From the sequence record OQ174503.1: 64,000 nt of DNA; one strand, given 5' to 3'. Of the stretch, positions 1-9,913 are shown piece after piece (within the stretch, counting starts at the first letter, position 1; each line of letters opens with the position of its first letter). The notes below the pieces were generated by a model. That model had not been told where the DNA came from. It saw only the letters and a program-made list of their open reading frames with translations, and ran no database searches. The position numbers and the translations under genes were made by a program. Source of the stretch: Escherichia phage REP4.

Positions 1-428
1 TGTGTTTTAGTGTCAGATTCATTATATTCAAATCCTCTTTGAAGCATCTCAGCCATCATTTCCTCTTTTCCTAAACGAGAAAATTCCTTTGATTTATCTC
101 CAACAAAGTTAGGGTGAATATTATTTTGGGTGTAATCGGATTTTAAATAAGTAAGTAAATTTTCTAACCATTCAAGATAATCAACACCTTGTCCCTTTAA
201 GCCAGAACGATTAAATTTATGCTTCATTTGACCTTCCGCAGCATTGCAAAGATTACAGAGCAATCCACGCACCTTTCCAGCTTTCGGTCCATTTAATTCA
301 TGGTCATGGTCAAGGTGATTAGCTTGAACATCAGGATTTAGTTCTCGTTGGCAAATTAAGCATTTACCGTTTTGTGCATCATAAAATTTTTGTTTTTCTT
401 CTTTGTACAATTTGCCAGTCAATAACAT
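1..428 (-). CDS. 49: Endonuclease VII (Holliday junction resolvase), N-terminal ~142 codons; C-terminus beyond window start
   Basis: Minus-strand ORF with ATG at 428..426 translates MLLTGKLYKEEKQKFYDAQNGKCLICQRELNPDVQANHLDHDHELNGPKAGKVRGLLCNLCNAAEG..., matching T4 gp49 from memory; absent from ORF track because it runs off the window. Confidence 0.9.
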   Translation of the reverse strand, partial: MLLTGKLYKEEKQKFYDAQNGKCLICQRELNPDVQANHLDHDHELNGPKAGKVRGLLCNLCNAAEGQMKHKFNRSGLKGQGVDYLEWLENLLTYLKSDYTQNNIHPNFVGDKSKEFSRLGKEEMMAEMLQRGFEYNESDTKT

Positions 429-477
429 AATAAAACCCTTACCTTGAATAGATAAGGGTATTTATTATTTTCAAGTA

Positions 478-942
478 TTAAAACGCTCGGTCAGAAAAAG
501 AAATTTGAGTTTCAAGCCATTCAATATATTCTGCCGCAGCTTGCATCAAATTTCCTTCATAACCATCGTTATTTTCTTGTGCAGCTAATTTAGCTAATGC
601 ATATGAAATACGTTCACCTTGAAAAGCGGCTTTAGGTTTATGAATAGTTTGATCAACTCGTTCTACAACTTCTTCAATTTCGCCATTTTCTACTGATTCA
701 GTATTCCACAAGCACCAATACGTAATTGGCTTATCGTAGATGTTAATAATCTTTCCATCAGAAAGTTCAATTTCAATAATTCCAGTATCAGGTTCTATAT
801 CATCTTCACATTCTTTTGCAAGTTCACGAACTTTAAAGACAGTACCTGCACTAAGTTCAGGCCAGTAATTACACAGCCCTGTATCAGCACGATTAATTCT
901 AAACCACTTATCTACTGTAATCATGTCCCATCTCCATATCAA
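478..942 (-). CDS. Hypothetical protein in the 49-nrdC interval (position of T4 pin/49.x genes); true start may be internal Met
   Basis: 154-aa ORF in track; position only, no motif recognised. Confidence 0.5.
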   Translation of the reverse strand: MIWRWDMITVDKWFRINRADTGLCNYWPELSAGTVFKVRELAKECEDDIEPDTGIIEIELSDGKIINIYDKPITYWCLWNTESVENGEIEEVVERVDQTIHKPKAAFQGERISYALAKLAAQENNDGYEGNLMQAAAEYIEWLETQISFSDRAF

Positions 943-1047
943 TTAAGTCATTTATTGTTGGTTCATTATATACTGTTTCTTCATCAGTGTAAACCGGTTC
1001 TTCCGGCTCTGGCTCTACTGTTTCCCATCTAGCCGCCCACCAGGGTT

Positions 1048-1356
1048 TTATAGCGTAATCCATTCTCGTACTGTCTGAGTTACTACACGTTCTCGAGGTT
1101 CGACTAGTTCAACAGTCGGAACTGCATAATACCAGTCAGAATGGTAAGAACCTGAGCGAGATTCATTTACAGCCACATGAACATTGTGTTTTGGACTAAA
1201 ATAAACACATTGCCGATATTGGCATTTGCCATCTTGTACCCAGTCTTCTATTTCGATAGGTTTAAGATAATCCGAAAAATCGAAATCATAGTTTTCTGAA
1301 AATGCATCATGGTCTTCGATTATTTCGCTCAGAACTGCATCAACATCGTAAATCAT
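1048..1356 (-). CDS. Hypothetical protein
   Basis: 102-aa ORF, same strand and tight spacing as neighbours. Confidence 0.5.
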   Translation of the reverse strand: MIYDVDAVLSEIIEDHDAFSENYDFDFSDYLKPIEIEDWVQDGKCQYRQCVYFSPKHNVHVAVNESRSGSYHSDWYYAVPTVELVEPRERVVTQTVREWITL

Positions 1357-1358
1357 AT

Positions 1359-1574
1359 TTACCCCAGTTTAACCATGCAATCGCCATATTTCCATTTAGA
1401 AATAGACTTTTCACCATTAGAATAATAAACTTCGAGTTTAGCGCGGCCATTTTTAATTTGAATAACTTTTGCTGTCATCAAAGTTCCATACCCATAATAA
1501 ACTGCAACCTCATCACCCACATATACCGCGCTTCCACGGTAGTCATGGATATAATCAGTTCCTTCAAGCATCAT
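1359..1574 (-). CDS. Hypothetical small protein
   Basis: 71-aa ORF abutting nrdC. Confidence 0.5.
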   Translation of the reverse strand: MMLEGTDYIHDYRGSAVYVGDEVAVYYGYGTLMTAKVIQIKNGRAKLEVYYSNGEKSISKWKYGDCMVKLG

Positions 1575-1834
1575 TTAAAGTATTCACGCAATTGGTCAAA
1601 TCCACCAATATGACTTCCGTCAGGAGCAAATACCTGAGGCATCGTCAATCCGATTTGAGTATCACGACCCAGTTTAGTCAGAAGCTCAGCGATTTTCTCA
1701 TCATCAAAAACACCTTTTTCCGGCATAATGTTGATAAATTCAAACGGCTGTTTCTTCACAGTCAAGAGACGTTTTGCATTATCGCAATACACACATTTGT
1801 GGATGTTGCTATCATAACCATATACTTTAAACAT
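1571..1834 (-). CDS. nrdC: Phage glutaredoxin/thioredoxin (reductant for ribonucleotide reductase)
   Basis: 87-aa protein MFKVYGYDSNIHKCVYCDNAKRLL... with CVYC redox motif, matches T4 NrdC from memory. Confidence 0.93.
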   Translation of the reverse strand: MFKVYGYDSNIHKCVYCDNAKRLLTVKKQPFEFINIMPEKGVFDDEKIAELLTKLGRDTQIGLTMPQVFAPDGSHIGGFDQLREYFK

Positions 1835-1835
1835 A

Positions 1836-2093
1836 TTATTCCTTAATTCCTAGTACTTGTTTAAAAGTCTCGTCATAATCAAGACTTTGGCCCGTTTGTT
1901 CTTTATGTTTGTATATAATATCACTTACTTCTGATAGCATATTTTTATATGAACGAGTTAAAGCAGATTTAAGCACGCTGTATCTATCAGGAAATTTACC
2001 ATGTTCATTATAATAAGCTATTGCTAATTCACGGACTGCTTTTTCAGCAATCTCCATATATTCTTTACGCTTTTTCATTTTCTTCTCGGTCAA
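1836..2093 (-). CDS. Hypothetical protein
   Basis: 85-aa ORF. Confidence 0.5.
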   Translation of the reverse strand: MTEKKMKKRKEYMEIAEKAVRELAIAYYNEHGKFPDRYSVLKSALTRSYKNMLSEVSDIIYKHKEQTGQSLDYDETFKQVLGIKE

Positions 2094-2382
2094 ATCGATG
2101 TTTACAATGACGACATTTATAACGAAGATTACTAGTCTGCCAATGAACTAATTGTACCTGTTCAGTACCACATTTTGGGCAGTTCGGAACATTCTTAGAA
2201 GCCCTTTCGCGGCGTTCAACCATAGCCATAATAGCATCCCAGGCTGGAGGTTTAAAATCTAAATCGTCACAACCATGAATCTTTCCACGCATTTCTAAAT
2301 CGTCTTCTTCACCATCCATAATAATTTTAATTAGACTGGAATTACTTGAAGCTGCAATATCTTCTAATAAGCGCTTTTTCAT
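2065..2382 (-). CDS. Small zinc-ribbon protein (CPKC...CRHC)
   Basis: 105-aa ORF with two CxxC pairs near C-terminus. Confidence 0.55.
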   Translation of the reverse strand: MKKRLLEDIAASSNSSLIKIIMDGEEDDLEMRGKIHGCDDLDFKPPAWDAIMAMVERRERASKNVPNCPKCGTEQVQLVHWQTSNLRYKCRHCKHRFDREENEKA

Positions 2383-3311
2383 TTCAATACCTCAATAGCA
2401 TTTCGTAAACCGTCAGCTTTTGCATTCAGAGCTTTTAATGATTTAGTTTGTTCTGCAATCCGGGCTTCGACTTCTTTCAGACGAGATTTGAGATATTCGC
2501 GTTCTTCTCTTAAGTTATCAACTTTTTCTGCTTTAGGCTCTTTAATAGGCTTAGGCTTATACTCATTAGGGTTCTTCAACTTAATTTGAATGTGAGAACT
2601 GTATAACATTGAACCATTATCTTCGGTTTCATCATACGTTTCTACTACGTCCATGATTCTTAACATCATGCGAAGTTTATAAGACAGCGAACGAATGGTT
2701 TTGTTGCGCTTATTAATTTCTTCGGCTTTCATGGTACCGAGATTACGTGAGTAGTAATAAGGAACCTGGATATCAATTGATAATGATGCGTTACCATTAC
2801 CGGTTGGTTTGAATACTGCAGTAACCCAATCTTTAACATGAACTTTATTTGTACGATCATCGCCGCCTGTGAATAATTTACGTGAATGTTTAAAAAGCAT
2901 ATTCACTTGGTTATTGAATTCACAAGCAAATTTATCAGCAAATTTAGTTTCAGGAATGGTAGATAACCAATCAGCTAAATGGGTCTTTTTAACATCGTTA
3001 ACAATAGTAAATTCAACCAAATCAGTTATAGATGTCGCAGATTTAATGAAGCTTGGCTTCATAAAGTTTTTAATGTTATCGCGAGCTACAGTAGAAGATA
3101 ACATACGAGAACGTTTAAACCATTCAAGCAAATTGCCTAACGAATGAGAATAAGCGTTTTGAGTATCTTTACAGATATGATTTTCCTGGCCAACATATTG
3201 AAGGAAATCACGAAGAATATTATTGATTACTGCTCTGTGCCCGATTTGATAATTACGGTGTTTAGTAATAAGACTGTCAAAATAATCAATATAATGTTTA
3301 CGAGTTTTCAT
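2379..3311 (-). CDS. Hypothetical protein, member A of tandem family (globular N-domain, Pro/Lys linker, C-terminal coiled coil)
   Basis: 310-aa ORF; C-terminal heptad-like ...[44 protein letters not shown]. Confidence 0.6.
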   Translation of the reverse strand: MKTRKHYIDYFDSLITKHRNYQIGHRAVINNILRDFLQYVGQENHICKDTQNAYSHSLGNLLEWFKRSRMLSSTVARDNIKNFMKPSFIKSATSITDLVEFTIVNDVKKTHLADWLSTIPETKFADKFACEFNNQVNMLFKHSRKLFTGGDDRTNKVHVKDWVTAVFKPTGNGNASLSIDIQVPYYYSRNLGTMKAEEINKRNKTIRSLSYKLRMMLRIMDVVETYDETEDNGSMLYSSHIQIKLKNPNEYKPKPIKEPKAEKVDNLREEREYLKSRLKEVEARIAEQTKSLKALNAKADGLRNAIEVLK

Positions 3312-3363
3312 GTTCTTCTCACTTGGTTAATGATTTATACTCCGAGCCATCCTTGGCTTTAAA

Positions 3364-4365
3364 TTACTTAATTAACTGTAAAGCTTGTTCAAGACGATCC
3401 AAGCGATTAACAGATTCTTCCCAAATCCTTTTAGCCTTCTCATATTCTTTCTGTGCTTTATTAGAAATTTCTAGAACTTCCTTATAAGCTTTTTCTAATG
3501 CAATAACTTCTGGACGAATTTCTACCGGTTTAGGCGAATCATCAAGATTATCCATTAGTTCCTCAAGGGTAGTTTCTTCTTTAGGAGTATTCACAATTTC
3601 ATCACATTTTTGTTGGTAAATTTCTTTATCAGTCGGTGAGTACGTACGTTTCACTTCACGAAGGCTAATTATAATTTTATATCCTTCCCAACCACACATA
3701 TTTTTGAAAGGATATGTATGAATACTTTTTACGGTTTCCATACAGCCCAAAGCCGCCTCTAATTGATAAGTTATAGTGCTAGCAATTGAGAAAAATTTAT
3801 TAATATTCTTTTGGTTAGCGTTTGGTGTAAAAAATCCATAATTCACAAAAATAGCTACTTTATTTTTATCAAGCTCATATTCTTTTACGATAACCATATC
3901 AGAAGCCAAAGGATGAATTTGACGATAATCGCCATAACATAATTTAGAAGCTGATTTTAGAATCTGTCCTTTGAAAAGCCTGAAATTACTAATCCAACGA
4001 CGAGTAAAAATATTCTCAGGGTCTTCTTTATTATTAAGATGATAAGAATTAACATCACCGAACCAATTATATCCTACTACATCTTTAGTTCGTTTAATTT
4101 CTTTCCCAAATTTACCAAGAATATCTCTGTTGACTAAGTATGAAAGAAGACGAGACCCTTTAAAGGTTTTCTTAATGTCATCTTTATCTGTACGACTAGA
4201 AATTTCACGAACTTCGTGAATAAATCTGCTGGAAGAAACAATGCTTACATCAATATTATTGAGCCATTGATTGATAATAGAAAGAACACTATTCTGACTA
4301 GACTTAGGTTTAACTTTATCATCAATAACGCTATTGAATGATTTGATATATTCGTTACGAGTCAT
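3364..4365 (-). CDS. Hypothetical protein, member B of tandem family; start moved to internal Met (MTRNEY...) because track start overlaps an early promoter
   Basis: ORF track 3364..4416; promoter-like GTTTAC/TGGTATAAT at 4394-4423. Confidence 0.55.
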   Translation of the reverse strand: MTRNEYIKSFNSVIDDKVKPKSSQNSVLSIINQWLNNIDVSIVSSSRFIHEVREISSRTDKDDIKKTFKGSRLLSYLVNRDILGKFGKEIKRTKDVVGYNWFGDVNSYHLNNKEDPENIFTRRWISNFRLFKGQILKSASKLCYGDYRQIHPLASDMVIVKEYELDKNKVAIFVNYGFFTPNANQKNINKFFSIASTITYQLEAALGCMETVKSIHTYPFKNMCGWEGYKIIISLREVKRTYSPTDKEIYQQKCDEIVNTPKEETTLEELMDNLDDSPKPVEIRPEVIALEKAYKEVLEISNKAQKEYEKAKRIWEESVNRLDRLEQALQLIK

Positions 4366-4393
4366 ATTAATCTCCTCAGTAGAAAGTAAGAAC

Positions 4394-4423
4394 ATTATAC
4401 CACATCCTTGTGGCAAAGTAAAC
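4394..4423 (-). promoter_or_regulatory. T4 early-type promoter (-35 GTTTAC, extended -10 TGGTATAAT)
   Basis: Minus-strand GTTTAC at 4423..4418 and TGGTATAAT ending at 4394. Confidence 0.6.
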
Positions 4424-5445
4424 TAGTTCAGTGCATTTAGTGCATTGTTCAGTTTAGAACGTTGCTTCGTGAGATTTTTGACTTTTTCTTGAGCTTTTTC
4501 TAGCATCTTTTCAGCTTCTAACACTTCATTAGTTGCTTTAACGAGTTCATCATCTACTGCCTTGATAGACTTCTCAATCGCATCCGCGTGCCATTTTTCA
4601 ACAGGTTTAAGACTCGGATTTTCAACAGGAAGAAAATTCGCTTTATTGAATTTCCATGCATCCTTATTACCTGAACTATACATCCAAAATTTAGGATCGT
4701 TTGATGAGTAATTGGATAAATTTAAGATATCTTGCACTTCTTGCTTTTTCTCTTGCGTGACTTCGTCCTTTCTCAAAAAATCGTATTTAAATGAAACGAT
4801 CATATCAAGTTCATACGTTGTTGTGTCTAATTTAAATCGTTCAAAACGAGGTAAAATCTTAGACTGAACAGCGGCAACAACATCCATATACTTAAATGCT
4901 TCTGTCAACTGCGATTTAAGGCATTCGCAAATTGAAAGAGAATTTTTTGTATTAGGTTTAAAGCTAATTCGTGCAGTTCTATTATTTTCTTTTAATGGTC
5001 TTACTTCCATCTGAAGAGTATAACCATCAAATTTCAGATTCTTTAAGTTAATATCAGAACCTTTTAATCGACTCGCAGTTGATAAAATTTGCTTTAATTG
5101 TCTACGGAACAGAGCAATAAATCTCCATTCAATACGATAATGATTTGGATTGAAAAATCCAGATGATAAATCGACCTTACTTTGACCAACGCCTTGAACA
5201 AATAGAGGATTTTTATAATCAATAGTTTTACAGAAATCGGTGAGCTGCTCACGGGCCGTCATTTGTGTAATATACCCTGCTTTACTAAAATTACGCACCC
5301 ATTCACTGCTATTCGTATACTTAAAGTGATGAATAACACGATTAACTTTATCAGGGTCTAAATTATTTTCACACAAAAATGTCATAACATCACGAGTATA
5401 GCTGGCATTACGAACCATATCTTCAATTTGAGAACGAGTTTTCAT
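4423..5445 (-). CDS. Hypothetical protein, member C of tandem family
   Basis: 340-aa ORF, ATG with AAGGAA RBS; shares RxxWRF..LF..QLKQIL-type segment with member B and C-terminal coiled coil. Confidence 0.6.
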   Translation of the reverse strand: MKTRSQIEDMVRNASYTRDVMTFLCENNLDPDKVNRVIHHFKYTNSSEWVRNFSKAGYITQMTAREQLTDFCKTIDYKNPLFVQGVGQSKVDLSSGFFNPNHYRIEWRFIALFRRQLKQILSTASRLKGSDINLKNLKFDGYTLQMEVRPLKENNRTARISFKPNTKNSLSICECLKSQLTEAFKYMDVVAAVQSKILPRFERFKLDTTTYELDMIVSFKYDFLRKDEVTQEKKQEVQDILNLSNYSSNDPKFWMYSSGNKDAWKFNKANFLPVENPSLKPVEKWHADAIEKSIKAVDDELVKATNEVLEAEKMLEKAQEKVKNLTKQRSKLNNALNALN

Positions 5446-5453
5446 GGTATTCC

Positions 5454-6344
5454 TTAAGATTTAAGTAAATCAACGATTTTAATTAACTTTTCACGCTCAG
5501 ATTTAGCTTTACTACTCAATCCAGATAGTCTGAAAATTTCATCGTCATATTGTTGAATAGAAATATTCAGCTCTTCAATTTGCTTATTAAAATAATCAAT
5601 TTGTTCAGAATGTTTTTCGTTACTACGAACTGGTACAGGTTTTGTAGGCAATTTAGTTGAACTGGATTCATCCGGGCGATAAATTAAAATACAACTTGAA
5701 CCAATAGGGCATTTTGCACCAGATGAATATTCTAATGTTCCAGCTTCTTTTAAAACTTCAAAAGCCAAACAGAGATGATGCCCCATATTAACATAATCTG
5801 TAGAGTGAGCTCTGATGTAATAATCATCTCCGCGAATACTGAATTTAAAGCATTTAAGGTCTTCTGTATTATTGGTCTTAAAAATCATTTGTTTATCTAG
5901 ACCTTTAGCTAATCGAGCGCCTAATGCTAATAATCGTCGTTGATTTTCCCACAAATCCGTTATCATTTGATCGAATGATAATTTTGGCATTAGTCGACCA
6001 TAAAGGTCATATCCTTTATTATAATTACGAAGGATTTCGCTCGCATTAATACGAGACAACGCTCCAATTTTATTAAGGGCTTTCATAATGCGATTAGATA
6101 AACTCATTCCAGACCCGGTTGTTCGCTGCAAATGTTTTTCTAATCCAAATCCAATATCAACTTTAAACTTATCTAAAATTTCTGCATGAACATCTTTGTC
6201 GATAACATTCAAATCCAAAGTTGGGTTAAATCTATGAAAAAATTTATCTGGCTCTCCACGGCGAAGTACAGTCCATTCATTCATCGTTTTTTTATTAACT
6301 AATGATTTAATTACTGCATTGACATTATTAATTACTACTGACAT
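5454..6344 (-). CDS. Hypothetical protein, member D of tandem family (start at internal Met MSVVINN... after upstream stop)
   Basis: ORF track 5454..6380; C-terminal coiled coil ...KSEREKLIKIVDLLKS. Confidence 0.55.
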   Translation of the reverse strand: MSVVINNVNAVIKSLVNKKTMNEWTVLRRGEPDKFFHRFNPTLDLNVIDKDVHAEILDKFKVDIGFGLEKHLQRTTGSGMSLSNRIMKALNKIGALSRINASEILRNYNKGYDLYGRLMPKLSFDQMITDLWENQRRLLALGARLAKGLDKQMIFKTNNTEDLKCFKFSIRGDDYYIRAHSTDYVNMGHHLCLAFEVLKEAGTLEYSSGAKCPIGSSCILIYRPDESSSTKLPTKPVPVRSNEKHSEQIDYFNKQIEELNISIQQYDDEIFRLSGLSSKAKSEREKLIKIVDLLKS

Positions 6345-6351
6345 ATTTTCC

Positions 6352-6759
6352 TCACTCAATTTCAATTTTACTAAATACACAGAATATGATTGAACAGACT
6401 ACATAAGCGCCACACACGGATTGAACTAATACCATCCCAAAGAACCAAACAATATTATCAAACAGTGTCTGTTTTACGTCGAAAGGACGTAAACTTACAG
6501 TAATATTATCACCCTTTTCTATTGAAGAATACATCTCTGGGGAAATATATTCACTAAATCTATAACCGTCTTTAAGTTCATATACGGCAATAAACGATAA
6601 ACTAGACCCTTTTCCTTGTGTTCCTGTAATGGTATTAACTACAGTAACATCATAATCTTTATAATGCATATAATCATTAATTGCGTAATAACCGTATGCA
6701 ACTACTACACATAAACAACATATCAATAAATTCAATCTTTTAATTATCAACTGTTTCAT
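6352..6759 (-). CDS. Small membrane protein (N- and C-terminal hydrophobic segments)
   Basis: 135-aa ORF with hydrophobic stretches LLICCLCVVVAYGYYAI and IVWFFGMVLVQSVCGAYVVCSIIF. Confidence 0.55.
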   Translation of the reverse strand: MKQLIIKRLNLLICCLCVVVAYGYYAINDYMHYKDYDVTVVNTITGTQGKGSSLSFIAVYELKDGYRFSEYISPEMYSSIEKGDNITVSLRPFDVKQTLFDNIVWFFGMVLVQSVCGAYVVCSIIFCVFSKIEIE

Positions 6760-6817
6760 AATAATAATCTCAATTAAAAGGGCTTAGAACCATTATACCA
6801 TCCTTGGTATAAAGCGG

Positions 6818-7344
6818 TTATGCGAGTACCGTCTTTAACCGTTCTTCAAACTTCCGAAGAGTATTTTGGCGTTCAGCTCTTTGCTTTTTGTAAGTTTCAA
6901 TACGCTCTGAAATGAGAGAGTATCGTTCATTTACTGATTCTTTCATAAAATCAGGAATTTCACGAGAAGCTTTAATCTCATCAAATTTATCAATAACAGC
7001 TTGCTCTTCAGCAATTAAGTTATCATACATTAAAATATCTTTCTTGATGAACTCAATATCTTCTTGAGTTACACGAGATAATTTAGATGCTTTATCCTTT
7101 TTGTACTGTTCGTTAGTATCACGAGACCAGTGTAATGTACGATTTTTATTCGTATTTTTGTAAATTTCGACAATACCAATCTCATCAATAATAACGATCC
7201 AATTCCAACGGGATTTGTAAATTTGTCCTCCATCAACAGTGATTTCACCTCCGATTGAGATGTCGTTAAAGAACTTACTCTGTGCTTCAGATTTAAATTT
7301 ACCATCGTTGTAATTTACCAGGTTGAAAATATCTTTAGCGTTCA
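6818..7344 (-). CDS. Hypothetical protein with C-terminal coiled coil
   Basis: Track ORF 6818..7405 trimmed to internal ATG (MNAKDIF...) preceded by GGAGG RBS; track start overlaps promoter. Confidence 0.55.
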
Positions 7345-7370
7345 TTTTTGTTCCTCCGTAGTTGATAGTT

Positions 7371-7401
7371 GTATAGTACCACAGAGGAACAGTCTTGTAA
7401 A
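7371..7401 (-). promoter_or_regulatory. T4 early-type promoter with conserved leader
   Basis: GTTTAC at 7401..7396, TGGTACTAT about 18 nt downstream, then ACAACTATCAACTAC. Confidence 0.55.
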
Positions 7402-7404
7402 CCA

Positions 7405-7704
7405 CTAAAAGAAACTTCTTTCACAATTTTTTCCACTGAACCATGCGCTCACTGCTTTCTTAGTCTCAGGAGCAGTGTTATCCATAAACCATTCAAAGGC
7501 AGCCTTTTTATGATTCTGGAGGGCTTCTCGGGCTTTAATCTGCTCACGGTCTATTAACACTAACATATGAGCCTTTCTTGTCACCATGGGCTTCTTATGA
7601 TTTTTTGAATACTCCCAATCATTTGTCCATCGCATCGTTGTTGCGAACTGAAATACTGCTTCTTTAATTTTAGTTTCGTAAATTTCACGAGCCTTTGAGT
7701 ATAA
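7405..7704 (-). CDS. Hypothetical protein
   Basis: Track ORF 7405..7719; likely start at internal Met MLYSKAREIY. Confidence 0.45.
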   Translation of the reverse strand, partial: LYSKAREIYETKIKEAVFQFATTMRWTNDWEYSKNHKKPMVTRKAHMLVLIDREQIKAREALQNHKKAAFEWFMDNTAPETKKAVSAWFSGKNCERSFF

Positions 7705-7808
7705 CATCACTACCTCCATTCACCAGTTTAATTCTAGTCATCTTTTTAATGGCAGTCCATATAATCTATTTCTGAACTGCCTTTTTGTCATAGAAGTCCT
7801 CTTATGAA

Positions 7809-8777
7809 TTATTTCAGAAGAGTAACCTCAGCAATTTCTTCCCAACCGTTTTTGTCGGTCATAATAAAGTCAGCAAGATAAAGAGCAGTACGCAGTGAAA
7901 CATTGCGTAAACGGTTAACATTAACTTTCATCCATGATAATGCTTTATAAGTTTCTTCATCAGAAAGACCACGCTTTTGCATCATGTCAGTTGAAAGAAT
8001 AACATCTTCAACCCTGACCATAATTTCTTCATTAGTGTGAACACCCAAATCCAAATAAACCGAGCGGGACACTAATGCTTGTAAATGTGGAGCAAGTTTA
8101 GTACCACGGTCTAATTCGCGGTCAATGTCAACGTTTGTGATAAAAACAATCGTTCCTTTAAATTCAAACTCACGCTCAATGCCTTTTTCTTCTAAGTAAG
8201 AAGACGCAGTGCTCCAGCAGACTTTACGGATCTCTCCAGTGTCCAGAGCAGCTTTTAGAAGATTAAGAATGTCCATATCAGAGAAAACATCCACATCATC
8301 AATCAAAAGGACAGAATTCTCTTCACGATTATTCCAAAGCTGCTCATAAAGACCAATACCAGAGATTTTACCATTAATGCTTTTATATTCAATGTATCCA
8401 TTATCATTTGCTTTATTTAAAGCTTTATCTAAAGAATACGTTTTACCAATACCTGCTGCGCCAGAGATAATTAATGAACGAATATTTCCATTAATAATAC
8501 CATTCGTCATCATTCCCATAACATTAAATCTTTTATTAATGCGGGTTTTCATATCTTCATACGATTCTTTAACTTCTTCAACTTTTACACCATCATATGA
8601 AATATCTGATTTGTAAACCCAAACACCGCGACGTTTACCGTCAATTTCAACAAAAACTTTACCATCTCCTTGTGCATCTACCGGAGCATTATCTGGGAAC
8701 CATTCGCCTAAGAGCTCAAAAGTTCCAGAGATTTCTTTACCGAAGTAGATACCCTTATTGATAGTTACAGTTTTCAT
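7809..8777 (-). CDS. P-loop (AAA-type) ATPase
   Basis: Walker A GAAGIGKT and Walker B VLLIDDVD; start set to internal ATG (MKTVTINKG) with GGAG RBS downstream of promoter at 8811-8841. Confidence 0.65.
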   Translation of the reverse strand: MKTVTINKGIYFGKEISGTFELLGEWFPDNAPVDAQGDGKVFVEIDGKRRGVWVYKSDISYDGVKVEEVKESYEDMKTRINKRFNVMGMMTNGIINGNIRSLIISGAAGIGKTYSLDKALNKANDNGYIEYKSINGKISGIGLYEQLWNNREENSVLLIDDVDVFSDMDILNLLKAALDTGEIRKVCWSTASSYLEEKGIEREFEFKGTIVFITNVDIDRELDRGTKLAPHLQALVSRSVYLDLGVHTNEEIMVRVEDVILSTDMMQKRGLSDEETYKALSWMKVNVNRLRNVSLRTALYLADFIMTDKNGWEEIAEVTLLK

Positions 8778-8810
8778 TTTATTCTCCAAATCCGTATCAG
8801 TTGATAGTTG

Positions 8811-8841
8811 TATAGTACCATAAAGCTTTATGCCTGTAAAC
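8811..8841 (-). promoter_or_regulatory. T4 early-type promoter with conserved leader
   Basis: GTTTAC at 8841..8836, TGGTACTAT, ACAACTATCAACT; sits between NTase terminator and ATPase gene. Confidence 0.55.
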
Positions 8842-8867
8842 CGTTTTGTGAAAAAAAAAAAAATTTG

Positions 8868-8898
8868 AAATAAAAAAAAGGGAGCCCGAAGGCTCCCT
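8868..8898 (-). terminator. Intrinsic terminator after the nucleotidyltransferase gene
   Basis: Hairpin GGGAGCC-CGAA-GGCTCCC followed by a U-tract on the minus strand. Confidence 0.7.
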
Positions 8899-8899
8899 A

Positions 8900-9913
8900 T
8901 CATTTATAATAACTTCGGTGGTTTTCAAGATAAACCCTCTCAAGGAAGTCATCCCAGAAACCCATGTCTACTTTTTGCTGCATACCGTTCTTAGAAGCTT
9001 CAATGGATGCTGCTTCTACTTGATCGACCACATCTTCCAAAAACTCTTGAACAGTTTTAAATGGATGTTTACCCAGCTTCACGTCGAGAATAAATGGAGC
9101 GTCTTGAAGTGGATAAACTAAGTCACCAGTTTTGTAAATTTCCAATAGTTGGAGTCCACCACGGCAAGCATGACTAAGAGCTTTCCAGTCAATGCCCTCA
9201 TTCGCTTCAGCCTTACGAGCACGTTCGCCGTATTCAGCATCTAATTTGTTCAGTGACTGCTTAAGCTCAATAAGAGAAAGTGTTGTCTGATATTTACGAC
9301 CCAACACAGTGTAAAACGTTTGTGGACCTGTTTTCTCATGATTATGGAATACCCATTCGCAGAACTCGTTCTCTGGAAGACGATGCTTAATATCTTCAAC
9401 TTTAGTTCGACGTTGCTTAATAGAACCATCTTCTTGGTAATCAACCCATTGCTCAGGGATTTGATTAACTACTTTCAATACATCACGTAATGCGGCCAAA
9501 CGAGAACCCTTAACACCATATTTAGAAGCTTGCTTGCGAACATATCCTAAATAGGATTTCATGTTAGTTGTATAAAACCGTGAACGATTGTCTTGAATAA
9601 ACTTCCATACATCAGGCAAATCAGATTTAACTACCAGTTCAGGTGGAGTGTGGAGCATATCCAATGCTACAGTTTCACCATCTGCTGCTAATTTAAAGAA
9701 ATATTTAAGACTGTATAGTTCATGGTCAATATCATCTTTGGTGTTTTTAGATGATGTGTTGTTAGTGTTTTTACTCATATGCTCTTTAACATTTCCGATA
9801 AGAATATCACGAGCAGGAGGAACAAAGATTTCTTTAAAATCTACATCAGATTCTGGAGTAGAAGTTCCATAAAGATGACTACCGAAATAGCTTTTCATTA
9901 CTGTTTTCATCAT
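8900..9913 (-). CDS. Pol-beta superfamily nucleotidyltransferase
   Basis: 337-aa protein with canonical GSx3Gx5SDxD motif (GSHLYGTSTPESDVDF) near N-terminus. Confidence 0.65.
   Translation of the reverse strand: MMKTVMKSYFGSHLYGTSTPESDVDFKEIFVPPARDILIGNVKEHMSKNTNNTSSKNTKDDIDHELYSLKYFFKLAADGETVALDMLHTPPELVVKSDLPDVWKFIQDNRSRFYTTNMKSYLGYVRKQASKYGVKGSRLAALRDVLKVVNQIPEQWVDYQEDGSIKQRRTKVEDIKHRLPENEFCEWVFHNHEKTGPQTFYTVLGRKYQTTLSLIELKQSLNKLDAEYGERARKAEANEGIDWKALSHACRGGLQLLEIYKTGDLVYPLQDAPFILDVKLGKHPFKTVQEFLEDVVDQVEAASIEASKNGMQQKVDMGFWDDFLERVYLENHRSYYK

Noticed and set aside
8851-8880. Long A/T homopolymer tract as a slippage or phase-variation site
   Set aside because: It is intergenic and forms the U-tract of an intrinsic terminator followed by promoter upstream sequence; no coding frame crosses it.
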